In this document: positions 12,290 to 24,124 of the stretch, in pieces
Position numbering within the stretch: the first letter of the stretch is position 1
How the letters are laid out: the number at the start of each line of letters is the position of its first letter
NCBI GenBank assembly: GCA_964016885.1
Contig: OZ024743.1
Coordinates: 331,576,001 to 331,640,000, forward strand
DNA: 64,000 nt
Reading direction: 5' to 3'
Source: Eledone cirrhosa
Taxonomy: Eukaryota
The notes under the pieces: generated by a model
The model's input: only the letters and a program-made list of their open reading frames with translations
Databases searched by the model: none
Told to the model about the DNA's origin: nothing
Made by a program: the position numbers and the translations under genes

Positions 12290-12432
12290 AATATACTCCA
12301 AATATTTGTTGAGTGCTTTTATATCAGTTATAAATATTTACTAGTTGTAACCCAACAATTTTAAATATAACTTTCCATGTATATACATATATATATATAT
12401 ACATATATATATATACATATATATACATATAT

Positions 12433-12489
<57 letters not shown>

Positions 12490-12528
12490 CATATATATAC
12501 ATATATATATACATATATATATATATAC

Positions 12529-12565
<37 letters not shown>

Positions 12566-12578
12566 CATATATATATAC

Positions 12579-12609
<31 letters not shown>

Positions 12610-12695
12610 CATATACATATATATATACATATATATATATACATATACATATATATATATACATATATATATATACATATACATATATATGTATA

Positions 12696-12727
<32 letters not shown>

Positions 12728-12997
12728 CATATATATATACATATATATATATACATATATATATACATATATATATATACATACATATATATATACATAT
12801 ATATATATATACATATATATATACATATATATATACATATATATATACATATATATATACATATATATATATACATATATATATACACATATATATATAT
12901 ACATATATATATACACATATATATATATACATATATATATACACATATATATATACATATATATATACATATATATATATACATATATATATATATA

Positions 12998-15325
12998 CAT
13001 CATCATCATCATCATCAGGTTTAGCGTCCGTGTTCCACGCTTGCATGGGTTTGGACGGGGGTTTTCCCACTTGAGGCAAGAGTGGTTGTCTTGCTCGCAT
13101 AGGACTGTCTGGCGGGTTTTCTACAGTTGGATGCCCTTCCTAACACCAACCACATTTATAGTGTGGGGCTGGGAGGTTTTTACCGTGTTGCCTACACGGC
13201 CACATTACAGCGTGGACTGTCTGGCTGGTTTTCTACAGCTGGATGCCCTTCCTAACACCAACCACATTTACAGTGTGGGGCTGGGAGGTTTTTACCGTGT
13301 TGCCTACACGGCCACATTTACAGCGTGGACTGTGTGTTTTTTGTCGTGACACCTACACGATCTCATTTGTTTCGGCCTGGATGTTGTGGGACCAACATAA
13401 CTTTGCATTGAAAGGGGCGGTGTGGGTGGGGTGGAGATGGTGGGACGGGGGTGTGTTTTGATAGAGGTGCCTACTGACTGTAGTAGGTTTTTACTTTGTA
13501 TTTAGGTAAGGCGGGTCTTCTCTATTACTGAGTACCGCCAAAGGTCTCGGTCCAGTGACATTGTCTTGGAGAGGTGTAAGCGTGTGAGGTCGGAATTTAT
13601 CAGCTCGTCCCATGTTTTTCTGGGTCTGCCTACTCCGTGGCTACCATCTATCTTTATTGCCCTGCACTTTGTTATACAGCTGTCGTCTTTCATGCGCATC
13701 ACGTGACCGTACCAACGTAGCCTTCTCTCGAGTAAACAACATCTGATCCCTCTTATTTCTAATTTTTTCCTTAGTTCGTTTATGCTTTGCCGTTCACGTA
13801 TATTACTATTGCACATCCAGCGGAGCATGCAAGCTTCGTTCCTCTCTAGTCTGCGTATATCCTCTGCACACAATGCCCAGGTCTCACTGCCATGCAGCAT
13901 TGCTGTTCGTATGCAGGCATCGTATAACCTGCCTTTCATTTTTAGGGAGAACCCTCTAGCGGCTAATAGTGGTATAAGCTCTCTGAACTTTTTCCATCCA
14001 GTTCTGACTCTAGCTACTGTACTTTCAGAGCACCCTCCCCCACTGCTGATTTTGTCACCCAGATAACGGAAGCTGTCCACTATTTCTATAGAACCCTCTG
14101 CGCAGTTGAAGGAGCTAGTATTTTGTGGGCACTTGCTGCTACTTATTGCACCAGAGCACCGGCCACATGTAAAATCTATGTTCTTAGTTAGCTTACCTGT
14201 GATCCCACTACATCTTTTATGCACCCATACTTTGCATTTGGGACATAAAATGGAGTTTCTACCTACGCCTTTCCTACACACTGAGCATGGCCATTTCCCC
14301 GATGGGACCGCCGCCTTATTTTCTTTCCTACAAACTAGAACTTTAGTCTTAGCCAGGTTAATTTTAAGGCCTTTTGATTCTAGGCCGTGCTTCCACGTTT
14401 GGAATTTCTTCTCTAGTTCGGTCATTGATTCAGCTATGAGCGTTAGATCATCTGCGTATAGGAGTTCCCATGGGCAGCCGGTCTTGAACTCCTCTGTTAT
14501 AGCCTGAAGGGCAATAATAAATAGTAGGGGGCTAAGTACAGAGCCCTGATGGACACCAACTTTTACGCTAAACTCTTCACTATATTCGTTGTTAATTCTA
14601 ACCTTACTGACTGTTTCTTTATACATGGCTTGTATAGCTCTCACAAGCCATTCGTCAACACCTAGTTTTCTAAGAGACCACCAGATAATGGAACGGGGGA
14701 CTCTGTCGAAGGCTTTCTCCAAGTCGACAAAAGCTAAGTATAGGGTTTACTTTTAGCTAGGTACTTCTCCTGTAGTTGTCGTACAATGAAAAGAGCGTCT
14801 GTGGTACTTTTGCCTGACACAAACCCGAACTGCATTTCATCTAGATCAATTCTCTCTCTGATTAGTTGCGCTATTACTTTTTCCGTGACCTTCATGACCT
14901 GGTCGATTAATTTAATGCCTCTATAGTTACTCCTATCTAGGGCATCTCCTTTTCCCTTATAGCAGTTAACGATGATGCTGCTACGCCATTCCTTCGGAAC
15001 AACCCCATTCTGTACGACTTGGTTAACTATGCGGGTGACCATGGTGTGTCCCACCGAACCAGATGCCTTCAGCATCTCAGCAACTATTTCCGAAGGCCCA
15101 GCCGCCTTACCCGTCTTCATATCTTTGATTGCCTTACTTATTATACTACCTTCAACTAACACTGCTGGTCCCTCTATTGGATCGATCTGGGGGAGACTGT
15201 CTTTCTCCCATTTGTTCTCCTCATTTAGAAGCCTTTCGTAGTGACACTTCCAAGCTACCTTCTTATCAGCGTCGGTGATGGCAAGTATGCCATCATCGTT
15301 AAGTACACACTTCTCCCCGACAATA
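12998..15325 (-). mobile_element. RTE family B, 5'-truncated
   Basis: ORFs 14734-15325 and 13502-14722 are joined by a frameshift near 14740. The 3' UTR has a 112-bp internal duplication and a (CAT)n tail. Confidence 0.95.
13502..15325 (-). pseudogene. RTE RT with PHD-like insert, frameshifted
   Basis: Motifs IVGEKC.., LLYADD, CSVC/CPKC/HKRC/CGRC. Frame change at SKPY versus [10 protein letters not shown] in the sister copies. Confidence 0.9.
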
Positions 15326-15600
15326 TATACATATATACATATATATATATACATATATATACATATATATATATATACATATATACATATATATATATAT
15401 ACATATATATATATACATATATATGTACATATATATGTATATATATATATATATATACATATATATACATATATATGTATATATATAAATTATCATATAT
15501 ATATATACATATATATGTATATATATATATATACATATATATAGATATATACATATATATATATACATACATATGTATATATATGTATATACATATATAT

Positions 15601-16054
15601 GGTGGCTGCCAACTCGTTTTCGAGTACGGCCACTACTTTATATCCATGTAGGAGAACCCCTACCGATGCGCTGAACGAATGTGACTTTTTAGTCCAGCCA
15701 GCGACTTGAAAACTCTGGTACAAAGACTACACTTGTGACCATTATTGACACATAGTGCAGGGCCCATGGTACCATGTGATGACAAGTGCAGAGAGATCTC
15801 CAGATACAAAGCAATGCCTGTGCTGTGAAGCTTTTATAGTGAGCAAAGGCACTGCACAAAGCCAGTCCCACTCTCTTAACCAAGATGATATTTACCAAAA
15901 AGAAGAACAAGTCAACATCATTGGATACCATCAGGGTTGCAGGTGTTATATCAGAGTTTTCCTTCTCCTAGAATTCTGCCTTGACAAAGGCTAAGGGGTC
16001 ATCTCTCCCGGTGATTTTGGATGGCTATTGAGTCTTAAGAGCTCCCTTGCCCTT
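15601..16054 (-). mobile_element. Non-coding element resembling an RTE-type 5' UTR, 5'-truncated
   Basis: Reverse complement of ~16475-16928 with scattered substitutions. Confidence 0.7.
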
Positions 16055-16173
16055 ATATATGTATATACATATATATACATATATATGTATATATATATAT
16101 ATACATATATATACATGTATATGTATATATATATATATACATATATATACATATATAAATGTATATACATATA

Positions 16174-16216
<43 letters not shown>

Positions 16217-16315
16217 ATATATGTATATACATATATATACATATATATGTATATATATATATATGTATATACATATATATACATATGTATGTATATATAT
16301 ATATATGTATATATG

Positions 16316-16928
16316 TTATGTCAGGTCACCACTTGGTGCTACTGGTAACATGTATCCCAGTACAACCTGTCTCATGGTCGGGTCGTTGGCGACTAAACTG
16401 GCAACCCCACCAAGGTTTCTTGGTGAGGAGGGTGACTTTGGACATCCTGCAGGACTAAAAACAAAACCTGTCAAAGGGCAAAGGTGCTCTTAAGAGTCAA
16501 TGGCCATCCAAAATCACTGGGAGAGATGACCCCTTAGCCTTTGTCAAGGCAGAATTCTAGGAGAAGGAAAACTCTGATATAACACCTGCAACCCTGATGG
16601 TATCCAATGATGTTGACTTGTTCTTCTTTTTGGTAAATATCATCTTGGTTAAGAGAGTGGGACTGGCTTTGTGCAGTGCCTTTGCTCACTATAAAAGCTT
16701 CACGGCACAGGCATTGCTTTATATCTGGAGATCTCTCTGCACTTGTCGTCACATGGTACCAAAGACAAAGCACTATGTGTCAATAATTGTCACAAGTGTA
16801 GTGTTTGTACCAGAGTTTTCAAGTCGCTGGCTGGACTAAAAAGTCACACTCGTTCAGCGCATCGGTAGGGGTTCTCCTACATGGATATAAAGTAGTGGCC
16901 GTACTCGAAAACGAGTTGGCAGCCACCA
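16316..16928 (+). mobile_element. Non-coding element resembling an RTE-type 5' UTR (longer copy)
   Basis: Contains CTAGGAGAAGGAAAACTCTGA, a motif I associate with RTE 5' UTRs, and several hairpins. Flanked by TA arrays. Confidence 0.65.
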
Positions 16929-17267
16929 TGTATATATGTATATATATGTATATATATATATATATACATATATATGTATATATATATATATATACATATG
17001 TATGTATATATATATATGTATATATGTATATATATGTATATATATATATATACATATATATGTATATATATATATGATAATATATATATATACATATATA
17101 TATACATATATATATATATACATATACATATATATATACATATACATATATATATACATATATATATATATATACATACACATATACATATATATATATT
17201 TATATATACATATACATATACATATATATATATTTATATATACATATACATATATATACACATATAC

Positions 17268-17352
<85 letters not shown>

Positions 17353-17354
<2 letters not shown>

Positions 17355-17895
17355 ACTTTGAATAACTTTGAAATGTTTTGGCCAGTATTGGCCCAGGCCA
17401 TGTCTAACTTAATAGCACCACCTGGCGAAGTCTTTCAATTCAGGATTTGGGCACCATGGCCCATTCGAGAAGAGAATTACTGTTTGCGGAAACATATCCG
17501 GGTGTGGGTGGTTTGTCCGGGATTACTTGGAGGAATTTGTCCAAAGACTTCTTGAATTTTGTGTGGTCAGTTTCTGTTTTGACGTGTCCTGGTGTGATGT
17601 TGAAGAGAGCAGGGCCGATTGAGGTGAAATAATTGTGCCGTATTGTTGTTATGAGTTGCGATTTAGATTTTTGAATGGGACGGATAGCACGGGGCCCAAG
17701 CCTTGGGTGTATCTTGAAGGCGATGCCAACATCATTTGGGCAGTGATGATGGAACATTTTCCACATCATGCAGATAATATAACGCTCACGGCGACGTTGG
17801 AGTGAGTAAAGTTTCAGGTTTTCCAATCGACCCCAGTAGTCAAGGTCTGACATGCCATCTATCTTTTTCGTGATTGCCCTTTGAGGAGCTTCAAG
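17353..17895 (-). mobile_element. CR1/L2-group LINE 3' fragment
   Basis: Near-identical to 25413-25960. Encodes [23 protein letters not shown]. Tail (TTCAAAGTTA)2. Confidence 0.9.
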
Positions 17896-17897
17896 TA

Positions 17898-18003
<106 letters not shown>

Positions 18004-18218
18004 CATATATATATACATATATATATATATACATATATATATACATATATATATATACATATATATATATACATATATATATACATATATATATATACAT
18101 ATATATATATACATATATATATATACATATATATATACACATATATATATATACATATATATATACACATATATATATATACATATATATATACACATAT
18201 ATATACATATATATATAC

Positions 18219-18265
<47 letters not shown>

Positions 18266-18289
18266 CATATATATATATATACATATATA

Positions 18290-18327
<38 letters not shown>

Positions 18328-18377
18328 CATATATACATATATATATACATATATATATATATACATATATATATATA

Positions 18378-20360
18378 CATCATCATCATCATCATCATCA
18401 TCAGCGTTTAACGTCCGTGTTCCACGCTTGCATGGGTTTGGACGGGGGTAGTCCCACTTGAGGCAAGAGTGATTGTCTTGCTCGCATAGGACTGTCTGGC
18501 AGGTTTTCTACAGTTGGATGCCCTTCCTAACACCAACCACATTTACAGTGTGGGTCTGGGAGGTTTTTACCGTGTTGCCTACACGGCCACATTACAGCGT
18601 GGACTGTGTGTTTTTTTGTCGTGACACCTACACGATCTCATTTGTTTCGGCCTCGATGGCGCGGCACCAACATAACTTTACATAGAACGGGGTGGTGTGG
18701 ATCGGGTGGGGGTGGTGGGACGGGGTGTATTTGTTAGAGATGCCTACTGGCTGGAGTAGGTTTTACTATATATTTAGGTAAGGCGGGTCTTCTCTGTTAC
18801 TGAGTACCGCCAAAGGTCTCGGTCCAGTGACATTGTCTTGGAGAGGTGTAAGTGTGTGATGTCGGAGTTTATCAGCTCGTCCCAGGTTTTTCTAGGTCTG
18901 CCTATTCCGTGACTACCGTCTATCTTTATTGCTCTGCACTTTGTTATACAGCTATCGACTTTCATGCGCATCACGTGTCCATACCAACGTAGCCTTCTCT
19001 CGAGTAAACAACATCTGATCCCTCTTATCTCTAATTTATTCCTTAGTTCGTTTATGCTTTGCCGTTCACGTATATTACTGTTACACATCCAGCGGAGCAT
19101 GCAAGCTTCGTTCCTCTCTAGTCTGCGTATATCCTCTGCACACAATGCCCAGGTCTCACTGCCATGCAGCATTGCTGTTCGTATGCAGGCATCGTACAAC
19201 CTGCCTTTCATTTTTAGTGAGAACCCTTTAGCAGCTAATAGTGATATAAGCTCTCTGAACTTTTTCCAACCAGTTCTGACTCTAGCTACAGTACTTTCAG
19301 AGCACCCTCCCCCACTGCTGATTTTATCGCCCAGGTAACGGAAGCTGTCCACTATTTCTATAGAACCCTCTGCGCAATTGAAAGAGCTAGTAGTTTGTGG
19401 GCACTTGCTGCTACTTATTGCACCAGAGCACCGGCCACATGTAAAATCTATGTTCTTAGTTAGCCTACCTGTGATCCCACTACATCTTTTATGCACCCAT
19501 ACTTTGCATTTAGGACATAAAATGGAGTTTCTACCTACGCCTTTCCTACACACCGAGCACGACCATTTCCCAGAAGGGACCGCCGCCTTGTTTTCTTTCC
19601 TACAAACTAGTACTTTGGTCTTAGCCAGGTTAATTTTAAGTCCTTTTGACTCTAGGCCGTGCTTCCATGTTTGGAATTTCTTCTCTAGCTCGGCCATTGA
19701 TTCCGCTATGAGTGTCAGGTCGTCTGCGTATAGGAGTTCCCATGGGCAGCCTGTCTTGAACTCCTCTGTTATGGCCTGAAGGGCAATAATAAATAGTAGT
19801 GGACTGAGAACAGAGCCCTGATGGACGCCGACTTTTACGCTAAACTCTTCACTATATTCGTTGTTAATTCTAACCTTGCTGACTGTTTCTTTATACATGG
19901 CTTGTATAGCCCTCACAAGCCATTCGTCAACGCCTAGTTTTCTAAGAGCCCACCAGATAATGGAGCGGGGGACTCTGTCGAAGGCTTTCTCCAAGTCGAC
20001 AAAAGCTAAGTAGAGGGGTTTACCTTTAGCTAGGTACTTCTCTTGTAGTTGTCGTACTATGAAAAGAGCGTCTGTGGTACTTTTGCCTGACACAAACCCG
20101 AACTGCATTTCATCTAGGTCAATTCTCTCTCTGATTAGTTGCGCTATTACTCTTTCCGTGACCTTCATGACCTGGTCGATTAATTTAATGCCTCTATAGT
20201 TACTCCTATCTAGGGCGTCTCCTTTACCCTTATAACAGTTAACGATGATGCTGCTATGCCAGTCCTTCGGAACAACCCCGTTTTGTACGACTTGGTTAAC
20301 TATGCGGGTGACCATGGTGTGTCCCACCGTGCCAGATGCCTTCAGCATCTCAGCAACTAT
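18378..20360 (-). mobile_element. RTE family B, 5'-truncated
   Basis: Open RT ORF 18774-20360, 3' UTR and (CAT)n tail. Confidence 0.95.
18774..20360 (-). CDS. RTE reverse transcriptase (C-terminal part) with PHD-like insert
   Basis: Uninterrupted frame with LLYADD and the C4HC3 motif. No native start because the copy is truncated. Confidence 0.9.
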   Translation of the reverse strand: MVAEMLKASGTVGHTMVTRIVNQVVQNGVVPKDWHSSIIVNCYKGKGDALDRSNYRGIKLIDQVMKVTERVIAQLIRERIDLDEMQFGFVSGKSTTDALFIVRQLQEKYLAKGKPLYLAFVDLEKAFDRVPRSIIWWALRKLGVDEWLVRAIQAMYKETVSKVRINNEYSEEFSVKVGVHQGSVLSPLLFIIALQAITEEFKTGCPWELLYADDLTLIAESMAELEKKFQTWKHGLESKGLKINLAKTKVLVCRKENKAAVPSGKWSCSVCRKGVGRNSILCPKCKVWVHKRCSGITGRLTKNIDFTCGRCSGAISSSKCPQTTSSFNCAEGSIEIVDSFRYLGDKISSGGGCSESTVARVRTGWKKFRELISLLAAKGFSLKMKGRLYDACIRTAMLHGSETWALCAEDIRRLERNEACMLRWMCNSNIRERQSINELRNKLEIRGIRCCLLERRLRWYGHVMRMKVDSCITKCRAIKIDGSHGIGRPRKTWDELINSDITHLHLSKTMSLDRDLWRYSVTEKTRLT

Positions 20361-20384
20361 ACATATATATATATACAACTATAC

Positions 20385-20456
<72 letters not shown>

Positions 20457-20917
20457 CATCATCATCATCATCATCACCGTTTTACGTCCGTTCTTCCACG
20501 CTAGCATGGGTTAGACGGGTTGTCCTGTTGTGGGCAGTGTCTGGTCGGCTGACCATGCCTTGCTCATACAGGAACTGATCTGGCTTGATTTCTACAGCTG
20601 GATGCCCTTCCTAACACCAACCTCATTTACAGTGAGTGCTGGGTGCTTTTTCGTGGCGCCTACACGTCCACTTTACAGTGTGGGCTGGGTGCTTTTTTGC
20701 CGTGGCACCTCCACGACCACCAAGCGGTGGGGGGGGGGGGGGGGGGGCATATTGTTTATATGCTTCAGCATGTACCCATGGGAGGTCGGGTACCCTGTAT
20801 TACTGCGTGACGCCAGAAGTCACGGTCGTGTGTCATTGACTTTGAGAGGTGTAGTTGGGTAAGGTCGGCTTTTATCACCTCATCCCAAGTCATCTTGGGT
20901 CTCCCCACTCCGCGGTT

Positions 20918-23884
20918 TCAATCAACTTCTAGTGCTCTGCACCTTTTTATGCAGCTGTCATCCTTCATACGCATCACATGTCCATACCAGCGTAACCGCC
21001 TCTCCTGCACGCAGCATTTGATTCCTCTTATGCTCAGTCTCTCTCTCAATTCCTTTATGCTTTGTCGTTCACGTATATTACTGTTACACATCCATCGGAG
21101 CATGCAGGCTTCGTTTCTCTCTAATCTACGTAAGTCTTCCACCTTCAGCGCCCAGGTCTCACTACCATGCAACATCGCTGTTCGGATACACGCATCATAC
21201 AGTCTGCCTTTCATTCTGAGGGAGAAGCCTTTTGCAGCTAGCAATGGTAGTAGTTCCCTAAACTTCTTCCATCCCGTTCTTACCCTAGTTATTGTACTTT
21301 CTGAGCACCCACCTCCGTTGCTAATTCGGTCACCTAGGTAGCAGAAGCTGTCTACTGTTTCTACAGGGCCCTCCCAGAGATTGGTGGTACTTGTTTCCTG
21401 TGGCTGTTTGCTTGCTGTTTCAGCACAGCTGCTGCATGTGAATCCTACATTCTTAATTAAGCTTCCTGAGATCCCGCTACATCTCTTGTGTACCCATTGT
21501 TTGCATTTGGGGCAGAGAATGGAGTTCCTACCTACACCTTTCCTACATACTGAGCAAGGCCATTTCCCTGAGGGGATCTGGGTTCTGTTTTCTCGTCTAC
21601 TTATAAGGACCTTAGTCTTTGTCATGTTGACTTTGAGGCCCTTTCTCTCTAGTCCCTGCTTCCAGGTTTGGAATTTATTCTCTAGTTCTACCATAGATTC
21701 AGCTATGAGTGCGAGGTCATCAGCATACAGGAGTTCCCATGGGCATCCGGTCTTAAACTCCTCCATTATTGCCTGCAGGACTATGATGAACAGGAGAGGG
21801 CTAAGAACAGAGCCCTGGTGGACCCCAACCTGTACGCTAAATTCCTCGCTATACTCATTGCCAATCCTAACTTTGCTGACTGCTCCCCTATACATGGCTT
21901 GTACCGCTTTCACAAGCCATTCATCTACTCCTAGTTTTCTAAGAGCCCACCAGATTACTGCACGTGGAACTCTGTCAAAGGCTTTCTCAAGGTCGACAAA
22001 TGCCAAGTAGAGTGGCTTACTTTTAGCTAGGTACTTTTCCTGTAATTGCCTCACAAGGAAGAGGGCATCAGTGGTGCCTTTCCCTGGTACAAACCCAAAT
22101 TGCATCTCGTCTATATTCACCCGGTCCCTAATCAGCTGTGCTATAACTCTTTCTGTTACTTTCATGACCTGGTCCATCAACTTTATACCTCTATAGTTTC
22201 CTCTATCTAGTGCATCGCCTTTACCTTTGTAGCAGTTGACAATGATGCTACTGCACCAATCTTTTGGTATGGCCCCCTCTAGTATTACCTGGTTAACGAT
22301 ACGTGTGGTTATAGTGTGACCTACAGACCCAGATGCCTTCAGCATCTCGGCAGCTATACCCGATGGACCGGTTGCCTTCCCTATCTTCATATCTCTGATT
22401 GCCTTACTTACTACGCTGCCGCTGACTTGTACTGCTGGTCCCTCTATAGGGTCTACGTGGGGTAGGGTCTCTTCTTCCCATGCATTCTCCTCATTTAGTA
22501 ATCTATCATAATGACTCTTCCATGCATCTTTCTTCTCAGCACTTGTGAGGGCAAGCTCACCTTTATCATTCCGGATACACTTCTCTCCAATGACATCACA
22601 ACTATCTCTGACACACTGCCTCGCAATCTTGAATACCTCCTGTTTCTGGTCCTCACGTTGTAAAACATGCTTGAATTTTCTATCCTCTGCTTCCCTCCTA
22701 GCTAAGTATACTTGTCGCCTAGCTTCCCTCTTGGTCTCTATGTAATGTACCCTGCTCCCCCCGTTCTTCCATTCTTTCCATGCCTGTCTCTTGGCCTTGA
22801 CTGCTTCATCTACCTTATTGTTCCACCACCAAGTCACTCTCCTCCTGCTTGAGGTCTTACTCCAGCCACAAACCTCATCCGTCGCCTCTAGTAAGTTATT
22901 TTTTAGGAACTCCCAGTTCTCTTCTACGTTAAATGTCTTTATCTGTTCTTCTTTACTGTCGTAGGCGTTGAGTAAAATATCTTTAAATCTGTTACTGGTT
23001 GAGAGGACTTTCAGCTTCCAGATCTTTCTTCTCCAGGTTGGCCTCTGTTTCAGGGCTCGTCTAGTTCTGACCGTGAGGTCGCTGACAACTAAGCTATGTT
23101 GGGATGTACATTCCTCACTAGGGAAGGCTTTTGTGTTTACGACCGTCCATCTGTCACGTCCTCTGATGAGGATAAAATCTAACTGACTAGAGTGCTCCCC
23201 TGATCTATAGGTGATCAGGTGGTTGTCGGGTTTTTTAAAGTTTGTGTTACATATCGACATGTCATTGGCGTCGCAGAATTCTAGAAGTCTGAATCCTTCC
23301 TCATTCCTTGTGCCAACTCCATGGCCTCCATGTACTCTATTGAAGCCGTCGCAGTGTTTACCTACGTGTCCGTTAAAATCTCCTGCAATGATTAGGAAAT
23401 CCTTGTCGTCTGTTAGAGCAGTAGTGTGTATTAGGGACTCGTAAAACCTATCCTTAAGTTCGTCTGGCAGCCCCGATTGGGGTGCGTAAGCTGATATTAT
23501 TGTGGTAATTGTCTTATTCAGGACTAGTCTGAGTTTAATGATTCTTGCATTTACCCTGTACACTGAGATTACTTTATCTACCCACTTGTCAGCTAATAGT
23601 ATACCTACACCACCCATCCCATCGTCATTTCCCACCCAGAAAAATTTGTAGCACTGGCTTTTTCCTACAAGGACTCTAGCAGACCCTCCTCTCCATCTAG
23701 TCTCTTGCACACAGCATACATCAACTTCCTTTCGCTCTAGCATTTCTACGATTTCTCCTGCTCTTCCTTTCATTGAGCCTACATTGATGGTACCAACTCG
23801 GAGTTTTGGGCATTTGTCGACACTCGCAGGGGAGGGTCTCTGGGTTGGCACTTCACGTGGGTGCTTGGTAGCTCGCAGATTCAT
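20918..23884 (-). CDS. RTE EN-RT polyprotein (988 aa; premature TGA 50 codons before the normal end)
   Basis: APE motifs GTINV, CVQETR, SAYAPQ, GDFNGHVG, QLDFIL, SQHSLV; RT motif LLYADD; PHD-like insert. After the stop the frame continues NRGVGRPKMTWDEVIKADL to a TGA at 20765, as in 50352-50801. Confidence 0.93.
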   Translation of the reverse strand: MNLRATKHPREVPTQRPSPASVDKCPKLRVGTINVGSMKGRAGEIVEMLERKEVDVCCVQETRWRGGSARVLVGKSQCYKFFWVGNDDGMGGVGILLADKWVDKVISVYRVNARIIKLRLVLNKTITTIISAYAPQSGLPDELKDRFYESLIHTTALTDDKDFLIIAGDFNGHVGKHCDGFNRVHGGHGVGTRNEEGFRLLEFCDANDMSICNTNFKKPDNHLITYRSGEHSSQLDFILIRGRDRWTVVNTKAFPSEECTSQHSLVVSDLTVRTRRALKQRPTWRRKIWKLKVLSTSNRFKDILLNAYDSKEEQIKTFNVEENWEFLKNNLLEATDEVCGWSKTSSRRRVTWWWNNKVDEAVKAKRQAWKEWKNGGSRVHYIETKREARRQVYLARREAEDRKFKHVLQREDQKQEVFKIARQCVRDSCDVIGEKCIRNDKGELALTSAEKKDAWKSHYDRLLNEENAWEEETLPHVDPIEGPAVQVSGSVVSKAIRDMKIGKATGPSGIAAEMLKASGSVGHTITTRIVNQVILEGAIPKDWCSSIIVNCYKGKGDALDRGNYRGIKLMDQVMKVTERVIAQLIRDRVNIDEMQFGFVPGKGTTDALFLVRQLQEKYLAKSKPLYLAFVDLEKAFDRVPRAVIWWALRKLGVDEWLVKAVQAMYRGAVSKVRIGNEYSEEFSVQVGVHQGSVLSPLLFIIVLQAIMEEFKTGCPWELLYADDLALIAESMVELENKFQTWKQGLERKGLKVNMTKTKVLISRRENRTQIPSGKWPCSVCRKGVGRNSILCPKCKQWVHKRCSGISGSLIKNVGFTCSSCAETASKQPQETSTTNLWEGPVETVDSFCYLGDRISNGGGCSESTITRVRTGWKKFRELLPLLAAKGFSLRMKGRLYDACIRTAMLHGSETWALKVEDLRRLERNEACMLRWMCNSNIRERQSIKELRERLSIRGIKCCVQERRLRWYGHVMRMKDDSCIKRCRALEVD

Positions 23885-24124
23885 ATTTCATCTATTGATT
23901 CAGAGTTGCTCGTGTATTCCCAGCTCATCCATCCATAACGGTGGGAAAATTGAGGGCTAGAAGAACAGTGGTGGTGGGGTAATGGCAGGGTGTGTTGGGA
24001 TGCGCCAGAGGAGGAGAGAGTTAGTTAGGCAGGTAGTAGCAGCAGCAGTGGAAATGGCATGCTAGGTTTGATTGGTCGAATAGACTATGGTGGTGTGTGG
24101 GGGTGGGGGGGAGTGAAATTGTGA

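Noticed and set aside
10135-13100. Long Y/I/M/C/V-rich ORFs (also around 17.9k, 25k and 29-31k)
   Set aside because: These are translations of (TA)n/(TACA)n microsatellites that lack stop codons, not genes.
16316-16470. Canonical HDV-like ribozyme
   Set aside because: A P1-like helix with a G-U pair and a CUAA motif are present, but there is no pyrimidine-rich L3 or P1.1. Kept only as a structured-head candidate.
21381-22010. Antisense ORFs over RTE coding regions (also 1742-2344, 5656-6057 and 14106-14507)
   Set aside because: These are shadow frames of the RT ORF. Their recurrence only reflects copy identity.
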